Source of the DNA: Eledone cirrhosa | Taxonomy: Eukaryota | Assembly (NCBI GenBank): GCA_964016885.1 | Contig: OZ024743.1 | Coordinates: forward strand, 374,294,001 to 374,358,000 | Direction: 5' to 3' | Length of the DNA stretch: 64,000 nucleotides | In this document: positions 1-13,005 of the stretch, piece after piece | Position numbering within the stretch: position 1 is the first letter of the stretch | Layout of the letters: each line of letters opens with the position of its first letter | Notes under the pieces: model-generated | Database searches by the model: none | The model's input: the letters and a program-made list of their open reading frames with translations, nothing else | Told to the model about the DNA's origin: nothing | Translations under genes and position numbers: made by a program

Positions 1-2478
1 CACGGTACTGCTGACTTACTCTACATGTTTATAGCCAACACTTCTTGCACTTTAGGATGCAGAGAACACGGTATTACTGACTTACTCTACATGTTTATAG
101 CCAACACTTGTTGCACTTTAGGATGCAGAGAACACGGTACTACTGACTTACTCTACATGTTTATAGCCAACACTTGTTGCACTTTATGGTGCAGAGAACA
201 CGGTACTACTGACTTACTCTACATGTTTATAGCCAACACTTGTTGCACTTTATGGTGCAGAGAACACGGTACTACTGACTTACTCTACATGTTTATTGCC
301 AACACTTGTTGCACTTTAGGATGCAGAGAACACGGTACTACTGACTTACTCTACATGTTTATAGCCAACACTTGTTGCACTTTATGGTGCAGAGAACACG
401 GTTCTACTGACTTACTCTACATGTTTATAGCCAACACTTGTTGCACTTTAGGATGCAGAGAACACGGTACTACTGACTTACTCTACATGTTTATAGCCAA
501 CACTTGTTGCACTTTATGGTGCAGAGAACACGATACTACTGACTTACTCTACATGTTTATAGCCAACACTTGTTGCACTTTAGGATGCAGAGAACACGGT
601 ACTACTGACTTACTCTACATGTTTATAGCCAACACTTGTTGCACCTTATGGTGCAGAGAACACGGTACTACTGACTTACTCTACATGTTTATAGCCAACA
701 CTTGTTGCACTTTAGGATGCAGAGAACACGGTACTGCTGACTTACTCTACATGTTTATAGCCAACACTTCTTGCACTTTAGGATGCAGAGAACACGGTAT
801 TACTGACTTACTCTACATGTTTATAGCCAACACTTGTTGCACCTTATGGTGCAGAGAACACGGTACTACTGACTTACTCTACATGTTTATAGCCAACACT
901 TGTTGCACTTTAGGATGCAGAGAACACGGTACTACTGACTTACTCTACATGTTTATAGCCAACACTTGTTGCACTTTATGGTGCAGAGAACACGGTACTA
1001 CTGACTTACTCTACATGTTTATAGCCAACACTTGTTGCACTTTATGGTGCAGAGAACACGGTACTACTGACTTACTCTACATGTTTATAGCCAACACTTG
1101 TTGCACTTTAGGATGCAGAGAACACGGTACTACTGACTTACTCTACATGTTTATAGCCAACACTTGTTGCACTTTATGGTGCAGAGAACACGGTACTACT
1201 GACTTACTCTACATGTTTATAGCCAACACTTGTTGCACTTTAGGATGCAGAGAACACGGTACTACTAACTTACTCTACATGTTTATAGCCAACACTTGTT
1301 GCACTTTATGGTGCAGAGAACACGGTACTACTGATTTACTCCACATGTTTATAGCCAACACTTGTTGCACTTTAGGATGCAGAGAACACGGTACTACTGA
1401 CTTACTCTACATGTTTATAGCCAACACTTGTTGCACTTTATGGTGCAGAGAACACGGTACTACTGACTTACTCTACATGTTTATAGCCAACACTTGTTGC
1501 ACTTTATGGTGCAAAGAACACGGTACTACTGACTTACTCTACATGTTTATAGCCAACACTTGTTGCACTTTATGGTGCAGAGAACACGGTACTACTGACT
1601 TACTCTACATGTTTATAGCCAACACTTGTTGCACTTTAGGATGCAGAGAACACGGTACTACTGACTTACTCTACATGTTTATAGCCAACACTTGTTGCAC
1701 TTTATGGTGCAGAGAACACGGTACTACTGACTTACTCTACATGTTTATAGCCAACACTTGTTGCACTTTATGGTGCAGAGAACACGGTACTACTGACTTA
1801 CTCTACATGTTTATAGCCAACACTTGTTGCACTTTATGGTGCAGAGAACACGGTACTACTGACTTACTCTACATGTTTATAGCCAACACTTGTTGCACTT
1901 TATGGTGCAGAGAACACGGTACTACTGACTTACTCTACATGTTTATAGCCAACACTTGTTGCACTTTAGGATGCAGAGAACACGGTACTACTGACTTACT
2001 CTACATGTTTATAGCCAACACTTGTTGCACTTTATGGTGCAGAGAACAAAGTACTGACTTACTCTACATGTTTATAGCCAACACTTGTTGCACTTTATGG
2101 TGCAGAGAACACGGTACTGCTGACTTACTCTACATGTTTATAGCCAACACTTGTTTCACTTTAGGATGCAGAGAACACGGTACTGCTGACTTACTCTACA
2201 TGTTTATAGCCAACACTTGTTGCACTTTAGGATGCAGAGAACACGGTACTACTGACTTACTCTACATGTTTATAGCCAACACTTGTTGCACTTTGTTGCA
2301 GAGAACACGGTACTACTGACTTACTCTACATGTTTATAGCCAACACTTGTTGCACTTTATGGTGCACACAACACTGTTAATAACTTAATCTACATGTTTA
2401 AATCCAACACTTGTTGCACTTTATAGTGCGCACAACACAATACTAATAACTTACTGCACATGTTTTTGGCCAACACCT
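1..2478. repeat. 66-bp tandem satellite (~36-37 copies, runs off the left edge)
   Basis: Unit cacggtactactgacttactctacatgtttatagccaacacttgttgcacttta(ggatg/tggtg)cagagaa; two interspersed variants; copies degenerate after ~2360. Confidence 0.97.
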
Positions 2479-2731
2479 AATTATGACGTAATCAATGCCC
2501 AAGTAAGAATCTTGCCAATTTGGCAGACTTCAATATCCTGATAGTTTATCACACTTTGCATTCTGGCACCGTTTTTAAGCAAATCTCCAAGATTCAATTA
2601 ACTTGTTTCTTTCCAATCAAACTATTTCTTCGCCTATTGAGCTTACAAGTCCGAATTGAAGACAATATTAAAGACTTGAATACCTTCCATTTAGAAAACC
2701 TTTTGCCAGATGTTCCCTAAAGACGAAGGGG

Positions 2732-2782
<51 letters not shown>

Positions 2783-2796
2783 TTATGTGTGTATGC

Positions 2797-2830
<34 letters not shown>

Positions 2831-2844
2831 TTATGTGTGTATGC

Positions 2845-2890
<46 letters not shown>

Positions 2891-3519
2891 TTTTATATAT
2901 TTTATATTTATATATATTTATATATCTATATATATTTATACATATTTATACATATTGATATATATTTATATTTATATATACTGGTAGGAACATACTGTCT
3001 TGAAGATAGTGTTTTGCATTGGCGTCATTGTATTATATATTCCGATGGTGTATATCTATAGCTGGAGAGGAGACAGGCTCTGCCAGGTTTTAAAATACCC
3101 TAGAAACGGTGTGTGCCAATACAGTGCCTCTACGCCCCCCCCCCCCAGCCAGGAACTACGGGACCATACATAATATATATAGGTGGAAATAGCAATAGAT
3201 ACTGCAGCGGGTCGAGATTTCTGATTAATGGAGGCAATCAAATATTTGGATAATCGATGGACGACCCTCATCATTTAATGTATGTGTATAAACTCCTAAT
3301 AGTTTATGATGTAGCCATGCATGACTAGAGTGTCTTTGATGGGAACCATTCCGGCCATGATCACCCTGGTTTAAGAATATATTTAGGATTAGATTATTCA
3401 GTGACTTTTTAAAAAAATGCAGTGTGATTTGGCTGCTATTTCTCACAAGTTTAGTGACAATGTAGAGGCCCTGTCTTCGTATGAATGTATATACGTATTC
3501 GTGTATGTATGTGTGAAGG

Positions 3520-3790
3520 CGCGTGGGTTTGTAGTTATGGTATTCGGCTAACAATAAGGTCGTGAGTTCGATTCCAGGCGGCGCATTGTGTCCTTGAGCA
3601 AGAACTTTATTTTGTTGTTCCTGTAATTCGAAGGGCCAGCCTTATTACATTCAGTGTCACGCCGAATCTCTTTGAGAACTACGTATCTGTGGAATGGTCA
3701 GCCACTTGCACGTTAATTTCACGAGCAAGCTATTCCGTTGGTCATATCAACCGGAACACTCGTCGTCTTAACCGACGGAGTGCCAGTTAC
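3520..3790 (+). mobile_element. tRNA-derived SINE, family B (degenerate)
   Basis: B-box-like gagttcgattcc followed by tgtgtccttgagcaag and the body cctgtaattcgaagggccagcc...gaatctc...gagaactacg, which is shared with 28240-28350, 28476-28630 and 45280-45570. Confidence 0.7.
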
Positions 3791-3808
3791 ACACACCACA
3801 CACACACA

Positions 3809-3842
<34 letters not shown>

Positions 3843-3845
<3 letters not shown>

Positions 3846-4638
3846 CAAAAGGACAAACGAACGAACGCAGGAGTCAATAGTACATAGTGTTATTAGCTTC
3901 ACGCTTGGTGAGAGTAGGGGAGGTTTCGACGTTTCGGACATAAGACCTTCATCAGGAAAGTAAGAAGGAACTCCGAGAGAGAGAGAGTGAGGAGGGTGGT
4001 AAGGAAGGAAGTCAACAGGAAGAACACGAAAGGAAGGGAAGGGAAAAAAATAAAAATAAAAATAAATAAAAACAGAATTAAAAAAGTGAAAATGAAGGGG
4101 TGGGAGGAGTGTACAAGTACGGGATGGCAAGGGTGGGGTAAAGTGTATAGGGGTGGGCGGAGGGTGAGAGAAAGTGTGTGTGTGGGGGGGAGCAAGAAAA
4201 TCAGAGTACCAGTGGGGGATAGTGGAAAGTAAGGTGTGTGTATGTGTGGATGTAAGTGTGAGAGTTTGGAAGGAAGCGAGTGTATGTGAATGTGGGTTTT
4301 GAAAAAGCATTGACTGTGTGTTGTAGTGGAGTGTATGTCTGTGTGTGTATAGTCCCTGTATGGGTGTTGGTGTGTATATGTGTGTGTGGATGGAGGGGGA
4401 CGGATGGGATGAGATGGTGTCAAATTCAGAGGCAGCGTGGGGTGAAGTGTGGGTATATGTGTGTATGTGTGTGTGGGGGCGGGCGGGGGGCGGATGGGAT
4501 GAGATGATATCGTGTCAAATCCGGAGGCAGTGTGGGGTGAAGTGTGGGTGTATGTGTGTATGTGTGTATGTGTTTGTGGATGGAGGGGGGGGATGGGATG
4601 AGATGATATCGTGTCAAATCCGGAGGCAGTGTGGGGTG

Positions 4639-4670
<32 letters not shown>

Positions 4671-4790
4671 TTAAAAGAAGGGGATGAGTGGTGATGTGGG
4701 TTCGTGTAATGTGCGTAGTTGCGTGTGCGAGGAAATGGTGCAAGTGTCTGTGTGTGTCTATATGTATATATATGTGTGTGTTTGTATATA
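3843..4790 (-). mobile_element. Non-autonomous or truncated PLE-like 3' fragment abutting (TA)n
   Basis: Starts at a (TA)n tract, has an HHR motif ~85 nt in, a G/T-rich plus strand and three ~90-100-bp internal repeats (4402-4640). Same layout as 39572-40870. Confidence 0.5.
3924..3959 (-). ncRNA. Minimal type I hammerhead ribozyme motif
   Basis: Reverse complement reads tttc-CTGATGA-aggtcttatgtcc-GAAAC-GTC-gaaa; palindromic ACGT stem III and GUC site; stem II imperfect. Confidence 0.65.
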
Positions 4791-5003
4791 TAAAACCCGT
4801 GGCTCAGTAGTTACCGATGATGTTGATCTTTTCTTCTTTTCAGGTTATAGCTACTGTCGCTCAGGGAGTGGGATTGGCTCAGTGCACAGTCTTTCCTCAC
4901 TTAAAAAAAAATCTTCATGTACAGGCATTCCACGATATAATTAATTAATAATTATTAATGATGGAATATCGTGCAATGGCCATACTCGATAACGAGGGAG
5001 CAA

Positions 5004-5072
<69 letters not shown>

Positions 5073-5760
5073 GTAAATAAATATATATATGTGTTGTGAC
5101 GTTTAAGCCTATGGAACATGTGTCTGCTTCACAGTATGAATAACTTTCAACGTTAGAATCATTTCATTTAGAAAGCTACTACTAACAGAAGTAATGTGGA
5201 AGCCTGTATGTGGTCTTTGTATCTACTAGAAGTAACAAGAAAACTTCTCTTAAATCACACTAACTTGCATTGGATAATGTAGTTTGAGGTAAATTCTGTC
5301 TGAATAGCTTTCATAATTGGTTGATATATTTGACCTATTCCAGCCCGGGGCTAAACTCCAACAGCAACAACAACGACAACAATATCACAATACAGAAAAT
5401 ATTTCAACTTTTATTCGTAATTTCCTCGAAGTTATGTTTGATTTTTCATTGATCTATACCATTGATTATGGGAAGCCAAACCAGAAAATATAATGTATTT
5501 GATCTTTGATATTACTTAATCTGTTTAGATGTAAAATACCGGGAGGGCCATAATTAGCTTCCCGCTAAGAAATGTGAATAAAAAAGAGGCTATACTGATG
5601 TTAAACTTTATTTATTCCAAAAAGTAATACATAGGGTAATTCATGTAAATGTTTTTATTTACATTAATCTGTCAAAATGTTACTCGTTTGTATTAATGTA
5701 ACTACTTCATCGGTGATATAGGAAATGGCATACGAGCTAACTCTGACCACTGTGATTATA

Positions 5761-5808
<48 letters not shown>

Positions 5809-5849
5809 CGAAACATAAGTCAATTGCATGAACTCATAATCCTTTATTT

Positions 5850-5905
5850 ACTGGTATATATATTTCGATGATAGCCATTGAATGGCTATGACCTCATCAG
5901 GCAGT
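5850..5905 (-). ncRNA. Type I hammerhead motif (same family as 25919 and 60480)
   Basis: Reverse complement reads actgc-CTGATGA-ggtcatagccattcaatggctatcatc-GAAA-tatatata-ccagt, followed by AATAAA. Confidence 0.7.
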
Positions 5906-6229
5906 TAGTTAGTTCTTAGATATGCTAGCTCTGTGTTGATTGTATCAGAGCCATATATATATATACACACACACATATATACATATGTATATATATATAT
6001 ATATGGGGGTGTATGTATATATAAATATATATATATGTATATGTGTATGTATGTACGTAGGTATGTATGTGTATGTATATACTACCCAAAATCGGTTATC
6101 AAACAAACGTGTTTTCTCCACACACCCAATTGTTTTTCCAGTTTCTTCCATTTCTTACTCTCGTCTATCTTTCTATTTCTTCATTGTACTATGTCGTCTG
6201 CTTTGTTTTTCTGTTTACTTTTTTTCATA

Positions 6230-6305
<76 letters not shown>

Positions 6306-6307
<2 letters not shown>

Positions 6308-6496
6308 AAAAGAGTCCGGACCCCGACGGCAGAGCTCAAGCCGCTTCGACGGCTATTTCGGGTCCAGAAATAGCCGTCGAAACGGCTTGAGCTCTGCCGT
6401 CAGGGTCCTGACTTTCCTATTACCCATTCTACTACCCAAAGTATCGAGTACTCTGGTGCATTATGGTCCACCTGGTTCTTTACCAGATTTCCTCCG

Positions 6497-6498
<2 letters not shown>
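6306..6498 (+). mobile_element. (TA)n-flanked foldback element, family A
   Basis: Hairpin ccccgacggcagagctcaagccg...cggcttgagctctgccgtc plus tail ctattacccattctactaccc...ttcctccgt; related copies at 10372, 20920, 44730, 47041, 60898 and 61797. Confidence 0.85.
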
Positions 6499-6537
<39 letters not shown>

Positions 6538-6603
6538 AATTCGCCACATACGGTAAAGCAATAGAAGCCAGAATGAACGGATTTAGATATTTACTTACAT
6601 ATA

Positions 6604-6966
6604 TAATTGTTTCTACTTTAGGCACAAGGCCAGCAATTACCCAGTGCATTACTGGTACATTATTTTATCGACCCCGTAAGGATGAAAGGCAAAGTCAACC
6701 TCGGCGGGATTTGAACTCAGATCGTAAAGGGACGTAACTATGCTGGAAAGCATGGCGTCCGACCCTCTACCGATACTGCTAATCCACCGCCCTAACATGG
6801 CGTCCGACCCTCTACCGATACTGCCAATCCACCGCCCTAACATGGCGTCCGACCCTCTACCGATACTGCCAATCCACCGCCCTAACATGGCGTCCGACCC
6901 TTTACCGATACTGCCAATCCACCGCCCTAACATGGCGTCCGACCCTCTACCGATACTGCCAATCCA
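6604..6966 (-). mobile_element. tRNA-derived SINE (MetaSINE-like core) with its 45-bp 5' head repeated 5 times
   Basis: Reverse complement shows A-box tggcagtatcgg, B-box gagttcaaatcc and core gcctttcatccttacggggtcgataaaat; 45-bp units start at 6751, 6796, 6841, 6886 and 6931. Confidence 0.8.
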
Positions 6967-7392
6967 AATGACCGAAAGAATACGATCGGCCGAAATGGGG
7001 TTCCTCCGAAGGGTCTTTGTAGTAACGTTTTACGATAAAGTGTGTAGCTCGGAGATCAACAGAGTCACTCCAGGTAGAGCTGCTATTTCTTCGAATTGAG
7101 AGATCACAGCTGTGGTACTATGGGCATGTAGTTAGAACGCCTCAGGAAAAAATCGCTGGACAGATTTTATGGGCAAAATCAACCGTCAGGAGACCCAAGG
7201 GTAGACCCCGAGCAAGATGGTTGGATAACATCTATGAGCTTGGCTGGTCTCGCTTGGGGATCCAGTTGGATCAGTTGGAGACAGTTGCTTCTGACAGGAC
7301 TCACTGGAAGGAGTGTTTGAAGACTCTGCTCCCACGACCCTCTCAGGAATACGTGGGCGAAGAAGAAGAAGAAGAAGAAGAAAAAGAAGAAG
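6967..7392 (+). mobile_element. 3' end of an RTE-like LINE with (GAA)n tail
   Basis: Translates AEMGFLRR, QLWYYGHVVR, RPKGRPRARWLD and DRTHWK, typical of RTE C-termini, with frameshifts; ends in gaagaagaa. Confidence 0.8.
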
Positions 7393-9019
7393 ACTTGCAT
7401 ACTTACAGCTCTCTATATTTTCAGTTCAATTCCTATTGGAGTATTTCATTTACCCATTTCATTAATCATCAGTATATCGGTGATGAACTGTCAATTCAAT
7501 CTACTGCAATCCTAGCTCCCCCACCACTACCACACACCTCCATTCACCGTCTCAAATTGGTGGTGGCCTTGTGCTGCTAAAGTTAGAAATCATTACCATT
7601 ATCCACGCAGTTCTAAATATAAAAGTTAAAATTGGGAAACACAATATTATTAAATCTTTGTTTAGTTCTTTTCTATTGTGAGATTTATGAGGATGACAAG
7701 AGAGCGAAAGCTTCAAAGCCTCGCAACATTCTCCCGTAGATAAAACTCTTTGAAATAGTTCAGGGAAGAAGAAGATAATTAATTTGGAGTAATATTAAAA
7801 AAAGAAAAGAAAAGAAAAGCATTTCAATTTTGTTTTTAATTTCATATTTCTTGTAATATTATATCCAGTTTTCTATTTCCGTTGCATTCATCAGAATACA
7901 GAATCACTCTTGGACGCTTTCATTCATAGTATAAATGAACGAACGAGGAAATAACAAAAACAACTACAACGGTAATTGTTTCCCCCCTCTCCCTAGGCAG
8001 GTAACATTATTGAACTTTGTTTTGTAAAGGAAATTGGAAGCTGTGACAATCATGCCTTTCATAATATAGGAGCCACGTAAAATAAACACGACGGAAATGT
8101 ATCACACTAAAGTTACGGTTTCGCTTCTTTGCAACGAAAAGGAAGAATCTTATTTTAAAATTATCAGCACGGAAAAACAAACAAAAAAAAAAGAAAAGAT
8201 TTTCTATGTAAATAAATTAGATGTACCTGCGTCGGTTTCGACGATCAGTGTCTCAGTCGTTCGATCAACACAACAGTCTGCTCTTGAAGTTAACTACTAA
8301 GGGGATTAGCATTCCATAGACACATGTACACCTATTGCAAATCTCAGAGATTCACCTTGGCAATATGTGACAAGGCCGACCCTTAGAATTACAAGCATGG
8401 TTCAATTTTTAATCAGTTTCCGTCTAACTAATTTTACTCACAAGATTTAATACTCTGGGGGCTATAGCAAACGGCACGTTAATAAAATGTCACGCAGTAG
8501 AATCGAAACAAGAATCTTACGATTGTGAAACGAACTTCTTAAATATTCGGCCATGCTGTGTCCACAATGTTCCTATATAAACAGAGAGTTTTGACATTTT
8601 TTGAGAGGACGAGTTATGTGGAGTTCCTGTCTATAGTTTGAATTGTAGATCTAACCCAACGTACCGTTCAGTTTCATACCAACATTTCGAGTCAAAACAA
8701 AGGTTTCTGCGTAAACGCTTGACTTGCTAAAAACAGTAAGCAAGTCTACCTTATATCTCACCGTTTTTAAAAGATATAGCTGTTTTTTTAAAGGCGAAGT
8801 GAAGAAAGAATCGTGGCTATCTACTTTGTTTTGTGCTGAGCAGTTTCTGTTATGGATAACTTTTCAAAGTTTCAATCTAAAGATTACATTTGTGATGCCT
8901 TTACGTATTTTTTAATAGGTGCCGTTAATAAACACATAACACCAGCCCAAAACTTGCTCCTATAAGTTTAACAGAAATTAAGGACCCATGGATGGATAGT
9001 GTGTGTAAAACTAATATCC

Positions 9020-9260
9020 GCCAGGTCGAGGAGGACAAACTGTCCAAGTATCGGCCGCGCTCTGATATGTTTGTGGTAGAGCCTGTGGCTGTGGGGACTT
9101 TTCGCGTTCTTGGCCTCCGGATCACTACTCAATGATATCGGAGCGGAGTTGGCTGCCCGTAGGTGCAATGCCCGTGAGGTGAAGTGGCTATTCCAGTGCG
9201 TCTTTGTCAATGTCCTCCCGTATAATGTATTCTCCCTCCTGTTGGAGGTGGAGGGCAAGA
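9020..9260 (+). pseudogene. Degenerate RLE-type LINE C-terminal fragment
   Basis: GAELAARRCNAREVKWLFQ matches GAELASRRCEPRELEWLFQ in the 27660-28133 ORF. Confidence 0.7.
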
Positions 9261-10077
9261 TAGTTGGAGGTGGAGGATACTCGTTCGGATGTCTCTCATA
9301 TACACACATACCCAGGGCTGGATTTAATGGGGGCAAAGGGAGAAATTGCCCTGGGCCCCCGGCAGTAGAGGGGGGGGGGGGGGCAGAGACGGCCGTAGCA
9401 ATTTATTTATTTCCCTCAGCTGGGCTTCATAGTTTTAGGATGGTTAGAAGTTTTGAATCTAATACCTGTATGTATAACTTTTCAATTCCAGTTACTTACG
9501 CCAAGCTAACTTTGATATGTAAAATTAGGGGGTTTGCTTTGTATTCTAATTTTTTGAGTATGAGAAACATGAAGTGCCCCCTCCCCAGGTCTAAATCCAA
9601 CCCTGCACATAGTCTACCCCTAGCATTTTAATGGTTGTTAAATGAACGATTATTTTAACACTTCTAGCTGCACGTTGAAATCTTCTAAAAAAGACGGTTA
9701 TTTGTTGGCAGACACAAGACACGAGTGGTTCGATTCGTCGCAAACGTCTCCGTCAGCTTTTTTCGTCCCCAGGAGCGCTTTACCTAATTTATTCAATTAT
9801 TATTATAGTTATCTGCATTGTAACGACTAACATTTAAAATGTTATATATACATAACTATAATGCCTATAATCATATATCTATATACATACATATATATAT
9901 GTGCATATGTATATATATATATATATATACGGGATAACAGGTTATCGTTATAAGCAGTCCACTTAGATGTAGTCCAGTTAGAGTACTTCGTATGGCTTAG
10001 TTTGACTCAACAAGACGTTTCCATAGTGACGCTGCGAGTTCGCGGTGATTTCTATGTAGTTTATACTTGGAGTAATA

Positions 10078-10338
10078 ATAATTCAAGAAAGAAGAGTGAC
10101 ATGGTTGGCTATACAATAAGGGCTTTATTCACATTGCTGACAATTGTTTCTTTGATCTGGTAGGTCTAGAGTTCGCACGCTCTGATGAAAACGACTGGTT
10201 ATAAACAAAGTATTGGAGATCGATTGACGCAACATCAAGCGAGTAGCGAACTCTAGACCTACCAGATCAAAGAAACAATTGTCAGCAATGTGAATAAAGC
10301 CCTTATTGTATAGCCAACCATGTCACTCTTCTTTCTTG

Positions 10339-10343
<5 letters not shown>
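10078..10343 (+). mobile_element. Foldback element with HHR motif at 10176-10292 (+)
   Basis: ~97-bp inverted arms (10078-10175 and 10247-10343); cacgct-CTGATGA-long stem II-GAA-ACAATTGT-C-agc; palindromic stem III and GUC site; abuts (TA)n. Confidence 0.8.
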
Positions 10344-10371
<28 letters not shown>

Positions 10372-10373
<2 letters not shown>

Positions 10374-10519
10374 CAGAAAGGGTGTGGTAAAATACCAAGT
10401 GGACCCTAACCCACCAGAGTACTGGATACTTGGGGTAGTAGAGTGGGTAATATGAAAAGAACTGTTCGGATCTAGATGTCGAAACGGCCGGAACTCAGCC
10501 GTCGGGGGGTCCTGAATCT

Positions 10520-10525
<6 letters not shown>
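10372..10525. mobile_element. Family A variant between (TA)n tracts
   Basis: Contains gtagtagagtgggtaata and gtcgaaacggc...gccgtcgggg, as in the other family A copies. Confidence 0.65.
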
Positions 10526-10556
<31 letters not shown>

Positions 10557-10919
10557 TATATATCTTATAAGAACAGATTAAAGTATTATATTATATAAAC
10601 AGGCACAGAAATGTCTCTGCACACACCCACACACATATTTATATATAAGTACATAACCTTGAACGATTTTCTTCATAGTCACCTACCTTTCATCATTCAG
10701 TACTGGAATTCCAGTTTTGCCGGAAACGCAAATTTCTAAACAACCAACGAACTGAATGTTTTCTAAACGTGAAATAGCAACTGGTTTAAATTGCAGCCTC
10801 CTATCACCGTTGATTCATATAGATATGGAAAGAGCACAACATTGACCAGGATACCAGTACTGCACAGAGCTTTGTACTCGTGAACAGGCATTAACTGAAT
10901 TACTGGGCTTCATTTATAA

Positions 10920-11052
10920 ACATAATAGACACACACAGATGAATACATAAACACATGTACACACACACAGATGAATACATAAACACATGTACACACACAC
11001 AGATGAATACATAAACACATGTACACACACACAGATGAATACATAAACACAT

Positions 11053-11095
<43 letters not shown>

Positions 11096-11174
11096 CATAT
11101 ATATATATATATATATGAACACATGAACACACACATGTACTCATAAACTGACGCCCGCTCACGTAGGCACGCAG

Positions 11175-11225
<51 letters not shown>

Positions 11226-12970
11226 CACACACACACACACACACACACATACACACACACACACACATACACGCACACACACACATACCCATGAACTCAT
11301 AAACTGACGCCCGCTCACGTAGGCACACAGTCACACACACACACACACATACACACACACATATACACACACATACACTTATAGACTGACGCCCGCACAC
11401 GCACACACACACACACACACGCACAGACTGATGCCCGCACACACATGCACACGCACACATGCACACACTGACTCAAACACGCATACAGACACACACACAC
11501 ACGGACATGCAGACACACAAACAAACACACATACATACAGGCAGATAGACACACATGCAGACACACAGACAGATACACAGACACACACACATGTAGACAC
11601 ATATACAGACACACAGCACAGACAGATGCATATACACACAGACACACACACATATAAAGACACATATACAGATACATATACAGACACACAGATAGATGCA
11701 TATACACATATACACACACACACACATGGAGACACACACATATACAGACACATATACAGACACACAGACAGATGCATATCACACAGTCAGACAGATACAC
11801 AGACAGAAACACACATATACAGACACACAGACAGAGGCATATACATACAGACACACACACACACATGTAAACACACACATATACAGACACACAGACAGAT
11901 GCATATCACACAGACAGACAGATACACAGACAGAAACACACATATACAGACACACAGACAGAGGCATATACATACAGACACACACACACACATGTAAACA
12001 CACACATATACAGACACACAGACAGAGGCATATCACACAGTCAGACAGATACACAGACAGAAACACACATATACAGACACACAGACAGAGGCATATACAT
12101 ACAGACACACACACACACATGTAAACACACACATATACAGACACACAGACAGATGCATATCACACAGTCAGACAGATACACAGACAGAAACACACATATA
12201 CAGACACACAGACAGAGGCATATACATACAGACACACACACACACATGTAAACACACACATATACAGACACACAGACAGATGCATATCACACAGTCAGAC
12301 AGATACACAGACAGAAACACACATATACAGACACACAGACAGAGGCATATACATACAGACACACACACACACATGTAAACACACACATATACAGACACAC
12401 AGACAGATGCATATCACACAGACAGACAGATACACAGACAGAAACACACATATACAGACACACAGACAGAGGCATATACATACAGACACACACACACACA
12501 TGTAAACACACACATATACAGACACACAGACAGAGGCATATACACACAGACACACACACATGTAAACACACACATATACAGACACACAGACAGAGGCATA
12601 TACACACAGACACACACACACACATGTAAACACACACATATACAGACACACAGACAGAGGCATATACACACAGACACACACACACACATGTAAACACATA
12701 TACAGACACACAGACAGAGGCATATACACACAGACACACACACACATGTAAACACACACATATACAGACACACAGACAGAGGCATATACACACAGACACA
12801 CACACACATGTAAACACACACATATACAGACACACAGACAGAGGCATATACACACAGACACACACACACACATGTAAACACACACATATACAGACACACA
12901 GACAGAGGCATATACACACAGACACACACACATGTAAACACACACATATACAGACACACAGACAGAGGCA
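10920..12970. repeat. Compound CA/CAGA microsatellite with higher-order units
   Basis: 36-bp units near 10930-11055, 127-bp units around 11760-12520, and ~56-60-bp units up to 12970. Confidence 0.9.
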
Positions 12971-13005
12971 AATAAAGAAATTTTAAAAAATTGACTTTAT
13001 CCACC

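Noticed and set aside
6700-6800. tRNA gene
   Set aside because: The A/B boxes belong to a SINE head fused to a SINE core; no complete cloverleaf.
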